A stretch of 64,000 nucleotides of DNA from Coleofasciculaceae cyanobacterium (GCA_036703295.1 DATNPJ010000027.1:32838-96837), one strand, 5' to 3'; positions 46,032-55,497 are shown, counted from the first letter of the stretch. The notes: generated by a model from the letters alone, not told the origin. Numbers and translations: made by a program.

Positions 46032-47762
46032 TTACAATGGGGGCAGATCAAAAATGAAATAATCGCCCCAGGAAACAAGCGGGGTATGGGCATCAGCCGG
46101 ATACTTGCGTCGGAATCCCTCCAGCCCACCTCTGGTGACAACCACTAGTAAACGCCGACCCCTGGGAAGCGTTTCGTACTCTTTGGGCTCGGGGAAAATA
46201 ATGGGTGCTTTGGCCTGGTGCGCTATCACGGCATTGACCGTATCGGCCTGGGTATAGAAATACCAGGAGAATGGGGCTGTTTTAGCCCAGAAAGCAGTCT
46301 CCCGCTGGTTATAATCCGGTAATTTATCTTTCAGAAGCGCCACCACGGTTTTCATGGATTTTGTATCGGCCCGGTCCTGCCAAAGGAAAGCAAACCAGGC
46401 GCTCGTGGCAAGGCCGAACACCAAGGTAATCAGCAAAATTCCCGCTCCCATCCGGGAAGCGACAGGGCGGGCACTTGTCCGCCAAAGAGCAATTCCAGAC
46501 AGCAATAGCGCCAAGCTGTATCCAATAAACCCAAACATTTGGAGGCGGAACGTTTTCAAGTAAACCAGGGCCAGCCCAAATCCGGACAGTAAGGTCAAAA
46601 TGGCCATCCAGGAGATACACGAGGCTGGCTCCAGAAGGGAAAACCGGAGGGGTACTGTCTGGTTGCGCAGCCGGTGTATTTCCAGGCTAAGCAACCGTGC
46701 GCAAAGAATGGCCAGGGGGGGAAAGCTAGTCAGCAGGTAGGGCATCAGCATGGAACGGGCAAAGGTAAAGAATATGGGCGTAAAAATAACCCAGGCGCTC
46801 AACAACAGAATGGAATCAGGAACACGCCAGCCTCTCTCGTGCCATAGAGTCTTTAACCATGCGCCAACTGGCAGGAGAAACACCCCCCACGGCAGGAAGG
46901 ACAGCAATAAAAACGGCCAGGCCATCCCATAAGGCTGATGGTGTCCGGCCCCATAGCGGTCCCCGTAATCACTTTTCAGATACCGCAGAAAATGTTCGTG
47001 CACGAAAAAGTAGTTGAAAAAGTCGGGGTTGGCTTGCTGCATCGCTAAATACCAGGGGAGTGACACGATTGCGGCAACGGGCAGCACAATCAACCAGCGT
47101 GGCGTAAAAAGCAAACCCAGGTTACGTTTGAATAAGCCGAAAAGAAAGATGGACCCTAGAAACAACACCAGCGACACGGGACCTTTGTTCAACATCCCAA
47201 ACCCGAACCAAAGCCCCAGCAGGATTTCATACAGAGCTCGCTGCCAAACACGTCTTTCTCGCGCGGCCTTCAGGATGCATAGATAAGCCCACATGCTGGC
47301 GGTGGTCATCAGGCACACGCCCATATCCATGGAAACCGTCCCGCACTCCACAAAAAAAAGCAGATTGGAGAAAAGGATCAAAGGGGCCAGCAAGGCAGTC
47401 CGCCGATCAAACAGCTTGCGGGCAACCAGAAACGTAAACCACAGAGTCAGTAGGCCTTCAATAAAATTCGGAAAGCGGGCGGAGAATTCATTACATCCAA
47501 AAACCATGAACGAAAGGGCGGTCAACCAGTATGACAATGGGGGCTTCCCCAGAAAAGGCTGATGAAAAGCGGGAATATAAGGCGTAATCCAGTCCTGCCG
47601 AAGGATCATTTGCTGAGCAATATTCGCGTAGCGATTTTCGGTTGTGTCGAAAAGCGGTGCAGTACCAAGCGACAGTAATCGCAATAATGCCAAACCCCCC
47701 ACCAGTAGGCAACAAGTCGTAAAAAAAGGAACTGCCTTTCGTGTTAGTTGCAAAAAAGACAC
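46032..47762 (-). CDS. GT39/GT83-type (ArnT/PMT-like) polytopic glycosyltransferase
   Basis: 576 aa, more than 10 TM helices. N-terminal loop 'TENRYANIAQQM...GKPPLSYWL' resembles the ArnT/PMT DE-motif region. Confidence 0.7.
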   Translation of the reverse strand: MSFLQLTRKAVPFFTTCCLLVGGLALLRLLSLGTAPLFDTTENRYANIAQQMILRQDWITPYIPAFHQPFLGKPPLSYWLTALSFMVFGCNEFSARFPNFIEGLLTLWFTFLVARKLFDRRTALLAPLILFSNLLFFVECGTVSMDMGVCLMTTASMWAYLCILKAARERRVWQRALYEILLGLWFGFGMLNKGPVSLVLFLGSIFLFGLFKRNLGLLFTPRWLIVLPVAAIVSLPWYLAMQQANPDFFNYFFVHEHFLRYLKSDYGDRYGAGHHQPYGMAWPFLLLSFLPWGVFLLPVGAWLKTLWHERGWRVPDSILLLSAWVIFTPIFFTFARSMLMPYLLTSFPPLAILCARLLSLEIHRLRNQTVPLRFSLLEPASCISWMAILTLLSGFGLALVYLKTFRLQMFGFIGYSLALLLSGIALWRTSARPVASRMGAGILLITLVFGLATSAWFAFLWQDRADTKSMKTVVALLKDKLPDYNQRETAFWAKTAPFSWYFYTQADTVNAVIAHQAKAPIIFPEPKEYETLPRGRRLLVVVTRGGLEGFRRKYPADAHTPLVSWGDYFIFDLPPL

Positions 47763-47936
47763 TAATTCAACCGCTTTCGAAATCTGAGAATCTGATTATA
47801 TTTATACCTCGGTCTATCTCATCCAACAAAGCCTTCTTGCTCAAACGAAAATACAAGGACTTGCCGGCATTCCCAAACGGCAAGCTCCCCCAAGCCACAC
47901 AAAGCAAATTGGCCTGTTTTGTTTTTATAAATGCCC

Positions 47937-47956
47937 CCTGCTGGACAAGTTTCGAA
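47937..47956. repeat. 20-nt motif cctgCtggacaagtttcgaa (copy B of 2)
   Basis: See copy A. Lies at the left edge of the AT-rich islet that ends at tRNA-Arg. Confidence 0.6.
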
Positions 47957-48233
47957 TGGCGTTGCTGGAAAGCGAATGCTGTCTAGCCCAATCTATCCAA
48001 CAAATGCAGCCTTAAACGGTTCCTTTTCTTGGTCTCAGGTCAACCGTAAGTATAGAAGGCGGTATGGAGGATAAAAGTCTAGTTCCTCCGTAGACTTTTG
48101 GGCGCTTTCTTGGAGACTTTAAGTATTAAGAATTGTAAATTTATCTAAAAGCCAAGACAGTTATTATTTATGAGGTGTGTTGTTGGGGTACAGCTTATAA
48201 CTTCACACGGACAAGCCGGAAGCATAGAACCCT

Positions 48234-49172
48234 ATGAACATAAATAGCCCTATGAACTTTCCAGTTGGAAGACATCATCTTGTATCTCCAAAATTTGGAT
48301 GGAAAAAGCAAGATTTAGAGAAAGACCCTTCGCGATGGCTGATTCATTTGGGAGTCGGCAAGGATAAAGACGTCATCTGGTCCAAAAACCGTCTGATACC
48401 CACCCAAAAACTAATTCATAAAGCATACAATATGCTCAACAGAACTTCCCTGGAGACTCCAGGTTTTCTGGTCATTGATAATATTGGCGACTTTGTTCAT
48501 ACTGAAAAAGGGCGACAACGCTTTCAAAATGAACTGTATCAAGGTGTCAACGACCTTTTTGAAAGAGCTATTCAAAAGGAAAGTACCTCCTCTCACATTC
48601 GTTCAGAACATGTTGAGACGAGAGAATTCAGACAAAAAGACGGCGCATTCAAACAGCCTTGTGGCTTCATGAGCGCTGCAAAGTTTACGTTAAAACGTTT
48701 TCACCATGATTCTCACACGATAATCGCATCCCATATCTATGACAAAGTTTATGGCATCAAAGGCGGCCAATTCATTCTTTTTGATGATTTGCAATATGCA
48801 AAAGATAAGAATGTAGCTGGCGGGCATACATCTCTCTATGAGCTTGAGCAAAACAAGCATGAATTCCCTTGTTCTCCGGTCTTAAAAGAAAAGTATAAAG
48901 ATCGAATTGGTGATTACACTTTCGAAATTGACACCATTCCTGAAAAAGGCAGCAATGGAAGACGCCAACCAAAGTTGATCATGTTTAATAACTTGTTTGA
49001 TGGCGTTGCTCATGGTGCAAGAGAGTTTGCAAGAATGTCACCACACTGGATGAGAAGTTATGCCCGGATTTTCTCCAGGCTATCCCGACACGGTGAAGAG
49101 CTCATCTGGGATAAGCTTCCGTTCCATCACCCTGATCATCACAACGCCAGCCGCTTAGAAGCATCATCATAG
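48234..49172 (+). CDS. Hypothetical protein (AT-rich ORFan)
   Basis: 312 aa, His-rich ('HHDSHTIIASHIYDK', 'FHHPDHHNAS'). Compositionally distinct from core genes. No recognisable family. Confidence 0.45.
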   Translation: MNINSPMNFPVGRHHLVSPKFGWKKQDLEKDPSRWLIHLGVGKDKDVIWSKNRLIPTQKLIHKAYNMLNRTSLETPGFLVIDNIGDFVHTEKGRQRFQNELYQGVNDLFERAIQKESTSSHIRSEHVETREFRQKDGAFKQPCGFMSAAKFTLKRFHHDSHTIIASHIYDKVYGIKGGQFILFDDLQYAKDKNVAGGHTSLYELEQNKHEFPCSPVLKEKYKDRIGDYTFEIDTIPEKGSNGRRQPKLIMFNNLFDGVAHGAREFARMSPHWMRSYARIFSRLSRHGEELIWDKLPFHHPDHHNASRLEASS

Positions 49173-49184
49173 AAAGAGTCTGCC

Positions 49185-49922
49185 ATGAGAATACCCAGCT
49201 ATAATTTTCAATCTTTTTCCAATGCTTCAAGCAGACATCATTCTCTGGCTGCTCATTTTTATTCGCAAGACCGCGTTTTCTTTGGAGGTATTCCTTTACA
49301 ACAACAAGCTTTAAGAGCGCTGGAAAAGGAGAATGTTCAGGGTTTTAACAAAATAAAACAACGTTTGGACAAACAAAAAACACCACTTGATTTATCAGGA
49401 TATGATTTTTCAGGCAAGATGCTACCTGGAATTGACTTGTCTGGCCTGAATTTGACGGGTGCCATTTTTACGAATGGTACAGATCTGACCAATGCAAAGC
49501 TCAGGAAAGCCCTGTTGCTTCGTATTGTCACAGACAATTCTACAACATGGACCGGAACGCCGTTTGATTCCACTCTCCCAATTAATGGGCCAAGCCTTAA
49601 AACCCTCATACAGAAATATAACTTCGAAGTAGAAGATCACTGTCTCGTTGGCTATCGAACCAATGGCTCTGTTAAAGGTGGTTTTACTTATGAGCTAGGG
49701 AAAAATTACAAATCGGATTTGTTCAGTCGTGATAAACAAAGCAGACACCACGGCTTATGGTTTTATCCTTCTACTGATATTGTGCGCCGACTGCATCCTG
49801 GTGAACCGATTATCAAAGTGCTTGTGCCCTATGGGGATTCTAACAAAACCAATTTAGTCAAGGGCGATTTGGATTTTCGTGCGCCAGAATTAACAGTATC
49901 AGATTTTCTTGGGGAAAACTGA
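49185..49922 (+). CDS. Pentapeptide-repeat protein
   Basis: 245 aa. Central 'DLSGYDFSGKMLPGIDLSGLNLTGAIFTNGTDLTNAKL' is a run of A(D/N)LxX pentapeptide repeats. AT-rich coding. Starts 13 nt after the previous ORF. Confidence 0.6.
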   Translation: MRIPSYNFQSFSNASSRHHSLAAHFYSQDRVFFGGIPLQQQALRALEKENVQGFNKIKQRLDKQKTPLDLSGYDFSGKMLPGIDLSGLNLTGAIFTNGTDLTNAKLRKALLLRIVTDNSTTWTGTPFDSTLPINGPSLKTLIQKYNFEVEDHCLVGYRTNGSVKGGFTYELGKNYKSDLFSRDKQSRHHGLWFYPSTDIVRRLHPGEPIIKVLVPYGDSNKTNLVKGDLDFRAPELTVSDFLGEN

Positions 49923-50175
49923 CAGATCTCCACAGATCCTTTATCTTCCCTATTTTTGGTGATTATATACTTAACGTACCTAGTCTTGAGGCGGCGCTCC
50001 ATATGGATCGGTTTTGCCATTGGGCTGGGAGAAGCTATCCACAAAGGCAAAATCAGGGCCTATGACGAATATCTTCGGTGTTGCCCCTCATTAGACTCGA
50101 ACCTCCTAAAACACAGAAATATAAACCGTTTCACCCACTATTTCAAATATCCCGGCTTTCCGGAAAAATCACGAA

Positions 50176-50207
50176 AAAGCCCTTCAATCCTAGCTGAAGG
50201 GCTTTTT
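50176..50207. terminator. Hairpin plus T/A-run terminator immediately 3' of tRNA-Arg (bidirectional)
   Basis: aaagcccttca / loop atcctagc / tgaagggcttt, with T-run on the + strand and an A-run giving a U-run on the - strand. Confidence 0.6.
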
Positions 50208-50209
50208 CG

Positions 50210-50283
50210 TACCCCCGGAGCGACTCGAACGCCCGACATGCTCCTTAGGACGGAGCCGTTCTATCCAACTGAACTACGGGGGC
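50210..50283 (-). tRNA. tRNA-Arg (anticodon CCU)
   Basis: Reverse complement folds as a cloverleaf: GCCCCCG / GTTC-AGTTGGATA-GAAC / GCTCC-GTCCTAA-GGAGC / GGGCG-TTCGAGT-CGCTC / CGGGGGT. The G1:U72 wobble makes the exact ends slightly uncertain. No encoded CCA. Confidence 0.75.
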
Positions 50284-50438
50284 TTATCCGGCCATTATAC
50301 CACCCGCAGGCGCGAGATTGCGCCAAGCCGGTCAGCGCTCGGGAATAGTGCTTTTGCAGGCATGCAGGCATTCAGAGCATCGGGCAGTCGGGGGGCTAAT
50401 CTTTCGTCTAATAGGAATATTGGGCAAAAAGCCTATCA

Positions 50439-50717
50439 TTGAGGGCACCAAGCACAGGGTGCCCGATGAGACGAAACATTCAGATTGCACTGGACGAGGA
50501 TACCGCCGAATTTCTGGACTTGTGCCAGACGGATGACAGTGCTCACGCGATCAGCACTTTTATTAACAGCCTGCTCAGACAGGAACGCTTCCGGCAGGGC
50601 TATCCCGCAGGTGGCGTAGTGGATATTTCCAGCCAGCCCAAGCGTAATGCCATAGAAGAGGCTATGCTTCGCCGAAGCGGACTACTCCCGCTACCCCGCA
50701 GGCCGCGCCGCCGATAG
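50439..50717 (+). CDS. Possible ribbon-helix-helix (CopG-like) small DNA-binding protein
   Basis: N-terminus 'MRRNIQIALDEDTAEFLDL' fits the RHH beta-strand-helix pattern. Basic Pro/Arg C-terminus. Confidence 0.3.
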   Translation: MRAPSTGCPMRRNIQIALDEDTAEFLDLCQTDDSAHAISTFINSLLRQERFRQGYPAGGVVDISSQPKRNAIEEAMLRRSGLLPLPRRPRRR

Positions 50718-51024
50718 CGGGAAAAATGGGGCTTAAGGCTTGTTTTGGCAAGGATTGCAAGCTCCCTCGTTCAGCTTTGACGGCTTCTGGACGGATGAAT
50801 GCGAAATCCCCCGAGCGGTTGAGTTTAGGCGAAATAAGCTACATGAACGAGGAAAGCTTGCTCGGACATGGCCTATCTTGAAAGTGAACCACCCGATATC
50901 GAAGGGGGCTGATCGCCTGAACGGGCCACCGGACAGAACATCGGCCGGAAAGAGAGATCCCGCAAACAGATAGGAGTGCACGACCATCGCACTGAAGTCG
51001 TACCGTTTCAAGCTGCAGACGGTT

Positions 51025-51444
51025 TTGGATTACCGATCCGAGCAGCTGAATCAGGCCCAACAGAAACTGGCCGAAGAAGAACAGAAACGGTTCCGGATCC
51101 TGCAACGGATTCGGGAGTACGACACTTTCATCGAACAGGCGTTTCTTGACCAGCAGCAGGCCCTGTCGGAACCCGTGTTGGATGCAGGTCGGTTGCAAGG
51201 GTTTCCCAACTTTATCTGGCGACTCAAGCAAAGCCGGTTCCAGGAGCACCAGGCCCTGCAAGTGCAGGAACAGAAACTCCTCGGCGTCCGGGAAGAGCTG
51301 AAACAGGCCCTCATCAAGAAGAAATCGCTGGATATCCTGAAAGAGAAAGATCAAGCACGGTACCGCAAGAAAATCGAGAAGGCCGAAGAGGAGTTCCTGG
51401 CGGAACTGGCTCTCAACCGGCTGTCCCGACAAGGCGCTCACTAA
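51025..51444 (+). CDS. fliJ: Flagellar export protein FliJ-like (coiled coil)
   Basis: Coiled-coil protein immediately upstream of fliK. FliJ-like in-frame sequence ('ALKSYRFKLQTVLDYRSEQ') extends upstream to about 50977, with a GGAG RBS at 50973-50976. The only candidate starts are ATC/CTG or the TTG at 51025, so the start is uncertain. Confidence 0.5.
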   Translation: MDYRSEQLNQAQQKLAEEEQKRFRILQRIREYDTFIEQAFLDQQQALSEPVLDAGRLQGFPNFIWRLKQSRFQEHQALQVQEQKLLGVREELKQALIKKKSLDILKEKDQARYRKKIEKAEEEFLAELALNRLSRQGAH

Positions 51445-51486
51445 TTTCACCCGAATAGAACGGACCAGGGAAACGGAGAAATCCGC

Positions 51487-53577
51487 ATGCAGCTACCATT
51501 CAATCTGGCATCAACGCTGCCTCCGAAGCTAATCGGAAGCGCAACGGCTGAGCCTCTCGAAAAAGGAGAGGATGCCGAGGCGCGGATGGAGCAGGCCGGG
51601 CAATTCTCCAGCCTGCTGACTCAGGCGATGACCCAACAGGCTCCGGAATTGCCTGCTCCAGCATCCGCTGAAGACGCCGGGGCTACCAGCCCTGATTCCC
51701 TTGCCACTGCCGAAGGCCCCGTGGAGCTTTCTTTAATGAAGCCGACTGACGTTGGCGTCACCGACACTGCTGGCGAAGAGGGTCCGCCTAAACCGGAAGC
51801 GCCGGTCGGATTCCCGGTGAACCTGCTGGCCACGCTACAATCTTTACTTCACCCGTCACCACAGCCCAACCCGTCACCTCAAGCCATTGCGGAAACCACT
51901 GTTGTGGCATCCCCTCAGCCGTTGCAGGCATTATCATCCAGCAATTTACCGGATGTGCCCCAAGCTCCCAACTTGCCAGGCACCTCAATCGCTGCCCCCA
52001 TGGTTTCAGCGGTCCAAGGTCCTGCGGCATTGCCAATCCCGGCTTTGGGGCAACGCGAAAACACCCACCAAGCCAGTGCCCCGGTTATTGAGCCATTCCT
52101 GCAACCGGGAACGACCGAGAAAAAATTACTATCCGAAGAGTCCCCTGCCGTCGGTAGCCAGCGACTCTCCAGCCAGGATCAGCATTCCGAATCGGCTGAC
52201 TCAGTAGGCATGATCGATCAGTTGCCCCCTCAGAATGCGGGTTTCAACCAGGTATTGTCCATGCTGGATGCACAGCTATCTGGATTCACACCCCCAGTTA
52301 TGGCAACCGCAAACGCCCCGGAATCCCAGGGCTATCAGCCTGTGGCTGCGGCTAGCCTGCCTTTAAGTGGCGCTCAGGGAGGCTTGCCTGAGCCTCTACC
52401 TGTCATCTCCTCAGCGCCAACTCAAACACCGGCTTTCCAGTTGCCTGGTTCCCCATCGTCGGCAGGAGATACCGCCTTTACGCAGTCACCATCCGTCACA
52501 GAGACCAATGTCATTGGTACGCTGGAAGGCTTGCCCCTACCGAAGGCCGAGCCTGTGTCCGCTTCCGGGGGCCAGGTAGCACTGCCCCAAGCAGTCTCAG
52601 AAAGTGCTTTTGGCGAAATCGCTTTCAGTATGGGACCGGTGACGAGACAGACGCCCGGCCTTGAGGGTCAGAAACCAGGGAAACTTGAGGAACTGCAAAA
52701 ACAGCTGAGCCAACTGGGTGGCAGCATCGAGGCTTCCACAAACCAGACCGTGCCGGTCGGCTCTCCATTCGTGACGGCCAACCAGTCAATCCCGCAAGCT
52801 GAGGTCTCCAAACCCACCGCCACTGACGAACCTTTTGCCATTCCTGCTGAAGAGGCTCCGCTATCGGAAGCTTTTCCCAGTCAACCGGATTCCAGTACCG
52901 TTGAACCTTCAGCGGCTTCGATACCCGGCACGTCCAGCGGTGTGCCAGGCAACTCGGGATCGTCCCAGGGCAGTCCGCCGCAGTTTGTTTCGCAGGCACG
53001 CCATCCTATGGAGCAAGTGCTGGAAGGAACAGCCTACAGCGTGAAAAACGGCCACAAGGAACTGAATATTCGCTTGAACCCGGACAACCTGGGCGAGGTC
53101 CGAGTCAACCTGGTGAGCCTCGGGAATAACGAACTCAGTGCCCGTCTAATTGCCAGCACACCGGAAAGCCACGCCTTGCTGCAAAGCCAAGCGGATACAC
53201 TGAAAACTTCCCTGGAGGCGCAAGGCATCCGGGTGGAGCACCTGACCGTGGTTCTGGCGGGTAGTCAGGATGCCCGAGGCAACATGGGACAAGGCACCGG
53301 GAGCGACCAGCAGCAACAGCATTATCAGCAGTCATCCGGCCATTCGGGCAATCTGGCCCAGCAGGACTTCAACCGGGAGGATCAGCCGGGCAGCAATGTC
53401 TTCGCCCAGATGAACCAGTCGGGCGGCGGTCCATTCCAACAGAAATCCGGATTCGCCCAGAATCCCATCAGTGGCCCCTATCGCAGTGTTTCCGACGACG
53501 CGGCGTCACTGGAAACCAGCCGGACCGAAGCGCGGTCCCAAAGTCATGACAACGGCAGCATCAGCATTCTGGCTTAA
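51487..53577 (+). CDS. fliK: Flagellar hook-length control protein FliK
   Basis: 696 aa Pro/Ser/Ala/Gln-rich protein. C-terminal FliK/Flg_hook domain ('ELNIRLNPDNLGEVRVNLVSLGNNELSARLIASTPESHALLQSQADTLKTSLEAQGI'). Confidence 0.75.
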   Translation: MQLPFNLASTLPPKLIGSATAEPLEKGEDAEARMEQAGQFSSLLTQAMTQQAPELPAPASAEDAGATSPDSLATAEGPVELSLMKPTDVGVTDTAGEEGPPKPEAPVGFPVNLLATLQSLLHPSPQPNPSPQAIAETTVVASPQPLQALSSSNLPDVPQAPNLPGTSIAAPMVSAVQGPAALPIPALGQRENTHQASAPVIEPFLQPGTTEKKLLSEESPAVGSQRLSSQDQHSESADSVGMIDQLPPQNAGFNQVLSMLDAQLSGFTPPVMATANAPESQGYQPVAAASLPLSGAQGGLPEPLPVISSAPTQTPAFQLPGSPSSAGDTAFTQSPSVTETNVIGTLEGLPLPKAEPVSASGGQVALPQAVSESAFGEIAFSMGPVTRQTPGLEGQKPGKLEELQKQLSQLGGSIEASTNQTVPVGSPFVTANQSIPQAEVSKPTATDEPFAIPAEEAPLSEAFPSQPDSSTVEPSAASIPGTSSGVPGNSGSSQGSPPQFVSQARHPMEQVLEGTAYSVKNGHKELNIRLNPDNLGEVRVNLVSLGNNELSARLIASTPESHALLQSQADTLKTSLEAQGIRVEHLTVVLAGSQDARGNMGQGTGSDQQQQHYQQSSGHSGNLAQQDFNREDQPGSNVFAQMNQSGGGPFQQKSGFAQNPISGPYRSVSDDAASLETSRTEARSQSHDNGSISILA

Positions 53578-53604
53578 CAGAGAGAGAGCAAGGAGAATAC
53601 CATC

Positions 53605-54105
53605 GTGAGCAGTATTCAGGCACAGGGCGATTTGAGTCGCCTGCAAAACAACACCAATCAGGTTCACTACCAGAACTCCCGCAAGAACCTGGGAAGCGAC
53701 CGGCTGGACCGGGAAGGCTTCATCCGTCTGATTCTGGCGCAGCTCCAGTACCAGGACCCTACCAACCCCGAGGACAGCACCCAGATGCTGACCCAGCAAC
53801 TGCAACTGGAGCAGGCCGACCAGATGAAAACCATCGTGGATGCCACCAAGTTCTCGCAGGCCGGCAGCATGGTGGGCAAGGAAGCCATGCTGGTTGATGC
53901 CCGCTGGGATTTCAATACCGGCACCACGGGTACGCCGGAATGGGACTACCAGACCAACGGCCCCAAAATGGTCAGCGGCACGATTGAGAGCGTGCAGTTT
54001 GACCGGGCGAAAGGCAAGGCGCTGGTCAACATTGACGGTAACTATTACGACGCGGACAACATTCGACAGATAGCACTGCCGCAGCCGCCCGCACAACCGA
54101 TTTAA
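53605..54105 (+). CDS. flgD: Flagellar hook capping/assembly protein FlgD
   Basis: 166 aa. N-terminal 'FIRLILAQLQYQDPTNPEDSTQML' FlgD motif. Confidence 0.8.
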   Translation: MSSIQAQGDLSRLQNNTNQVHYQNSRKNLGSDRLDREGFIRLILAQLQYQDPTNPEDSTQMLTQQLQLEQADQMKTIVDATKFSQAGSMVGKEAMLVDARWDFNTGTTGTPEWDYQTNGPKMVSGTIESVQFDRAKGKALVNIDGNYYDADNIRQIALPQPPAQPI

Positions 54106-54197
54106 AGGGAGGGGCTCATCAGCCAGAGAGACACGACCATCTTTAGCAAGTTCTAAGAACTGACAAAAAGTGTATAGAGAGAAGTGGAGGTCACTAC

Positions 54198-55409
54198 ATG
54201 AGTCAAGGGATGTATACGGCCGTATCTGGTATCCGTTCGAACCAGACCCGTCTGAACGTCATTTCCAACAACATTGCCAACGTCAACACCCTGGGCTTCA
54301 AATCCAGTCTGGCTAACTTTGCCACCGTGTTCGCCAGCACCCTTACTGGCGGCACCCCTCCCAACGGGGTCTTGGGTGGAACCAACCCCATGCAGATGGG
54401 CAACGGCGCGCTGGTCTCCGAGATTGCCTCCAACTGGGGACAGGGCGGAACCCAGTTCACCGGTCGCAGCACCGACCTGATGATTAACGGCGAAGGTTTT
54501 TTTGCAGTGGAGCGGATTGACGTCAACAACCCGTTGAACACAGACTACTTCCTGACCCGGGCCGGTAACTTCACGCTGGACTCCGGCGGGAACATGGTCA
54601 CCACCTCCGGGAACCGGCTGCGCGGCACCTCCCAGCTTTCCGGTAGCGCTACCGCCTCGCTGGGCCGTATTAACGTGCCCCGTTCCTTTCTGATTACCAA
54701 GGAGTACGATGCCAACTCCAGGGTGCAGAACATTACTTACTCTCCGATTGGCACGACTGCCGCGCAGATCGCCGCTGATCAAACAGCGGCGCACGGTGCC
54801 CCTCCGGTTGGTAACACCCTCACCACTTTAGAAGTTCAACTGGTCAGTTTTACGATCGGCAGTGATGGGGCCATTTCCGCCAAGTATTCCAACGGCGACA
54901 TCATCACGGTTCGTACCAATGCCGCGACGGCCGCCGCCGCCGTAGCCGCCGGTGACCCGACGTTGACCCGTCGGGAGATCATCCACCTGCCTTATGAAGG
55001 GGGCACCTATCCCGCCAACAACTTTGTGGCATCGGATAACGCCTACAGCGGTATCGTCGCGCAAGCGGCCGCCCGACCGGTGTTTACGGGTGGCGTCACA
55101 CCCACGCTGGCTGGCGCTATGCAGGGGATGCAGATGCAGATCCAGACCGCGTCCGTTACCAACCCGGCGGGTATGTTGTATGACGGAAACAACAACTTCC
55201 TGTTGGGCGCCAACGCGGGGCAGGCTGCGTTTGGGGTCGCCGGAACGGGTTCTCGCGGCAGCTTGAACGCCGGTGCGCTGGAGTCATCCAACGTGGACCT
55301 GGCTGGCGAGTTCACCAACATGATCATCTCGCAGCGTGGCCTGGAAGCCTCCAGTAAGGTCATCCGCAGCCAGAGCGAAGTCATGCAGACCATCATTCAA
55401 ATTGTTTAA
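54198..55409 (+). CDS. flgE: Flagellar hook protein FlgE
   Basis: 403 aa. N-terminus 'MSQGMYTAVSGIRSNQTRLNVISNNIANVNTLGFKSS' and C-terminal 'ALESSNVDLAGEFTNMIISQRGLEASSKVIRSQSEVMQTII' rod/hook terminal heptads. Confidence 0.88.
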   Translation: MSQGMYTAVSGIRSNQTRLNVISNNIANVNTLGFKSSLANFATVFASTLTGGTPPNGVLGGTNPMQMGNGALVSEIASNWGQGGTQFTGRSTDLMINGEGFFAVERIDVNNPLNTDYFLTRAGNFTLDSGGNMVTTSGNRLRGTSQLSGSATASLGRINVPRSFLITKEYDANSRVQNITYSPIGTTAAQIAADQTAAHGAPPVGNTLTTLEVQLVSFTIGSDGAISAKYSNGDIITVRTNAATAAAAVAAGDPTLTRREIIHLPYEGGTYPANNFVASDNAYSGIVAQAAARPVFTGGVTPTLAGAMQGMQMQIQTASVTNPAGMLYDGNNNFLLGANAGQAAFGVAGTGSRGSLNAGALESSNVDLAGEFTNMIISQRGLEASSKVIRSQSEVMQTIIQIV

Positions 55410-55463
55410 TTCACCACCTGAACTGAAGTTCTGAAATTAGATCCACTCTTCCTTGAACCATAC

Positions 55464-55497
55464 CCGCAGGTTAACCGCCTGCGGTTTCTTTTTTTGT
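55464..55497 (+). terminator. Rho-independent terminator after flgE
   Basis: ccgcagg / ttaaccg / cctgcgg hairpin followed by a tttcttttttt run. Confidence 0.65.

Noticed and set aside
43588-47956. The 20-nt motif as a copy of the tRNA-Arg 3' end (att site)
   Set aside because: Only a TCGAA(C/T)G core is shared with the tRNA T-arm. That is insufficient to call an attachment-site duplication.
47763-50209. Complete integrative element with integrase at tRNA-Arg
   Set aside because: No integrase, recombinase, or transposase-like ORF is present in the islet. Only a short tRNA T-arm fragment repeat was seen, so at most a decayed island.
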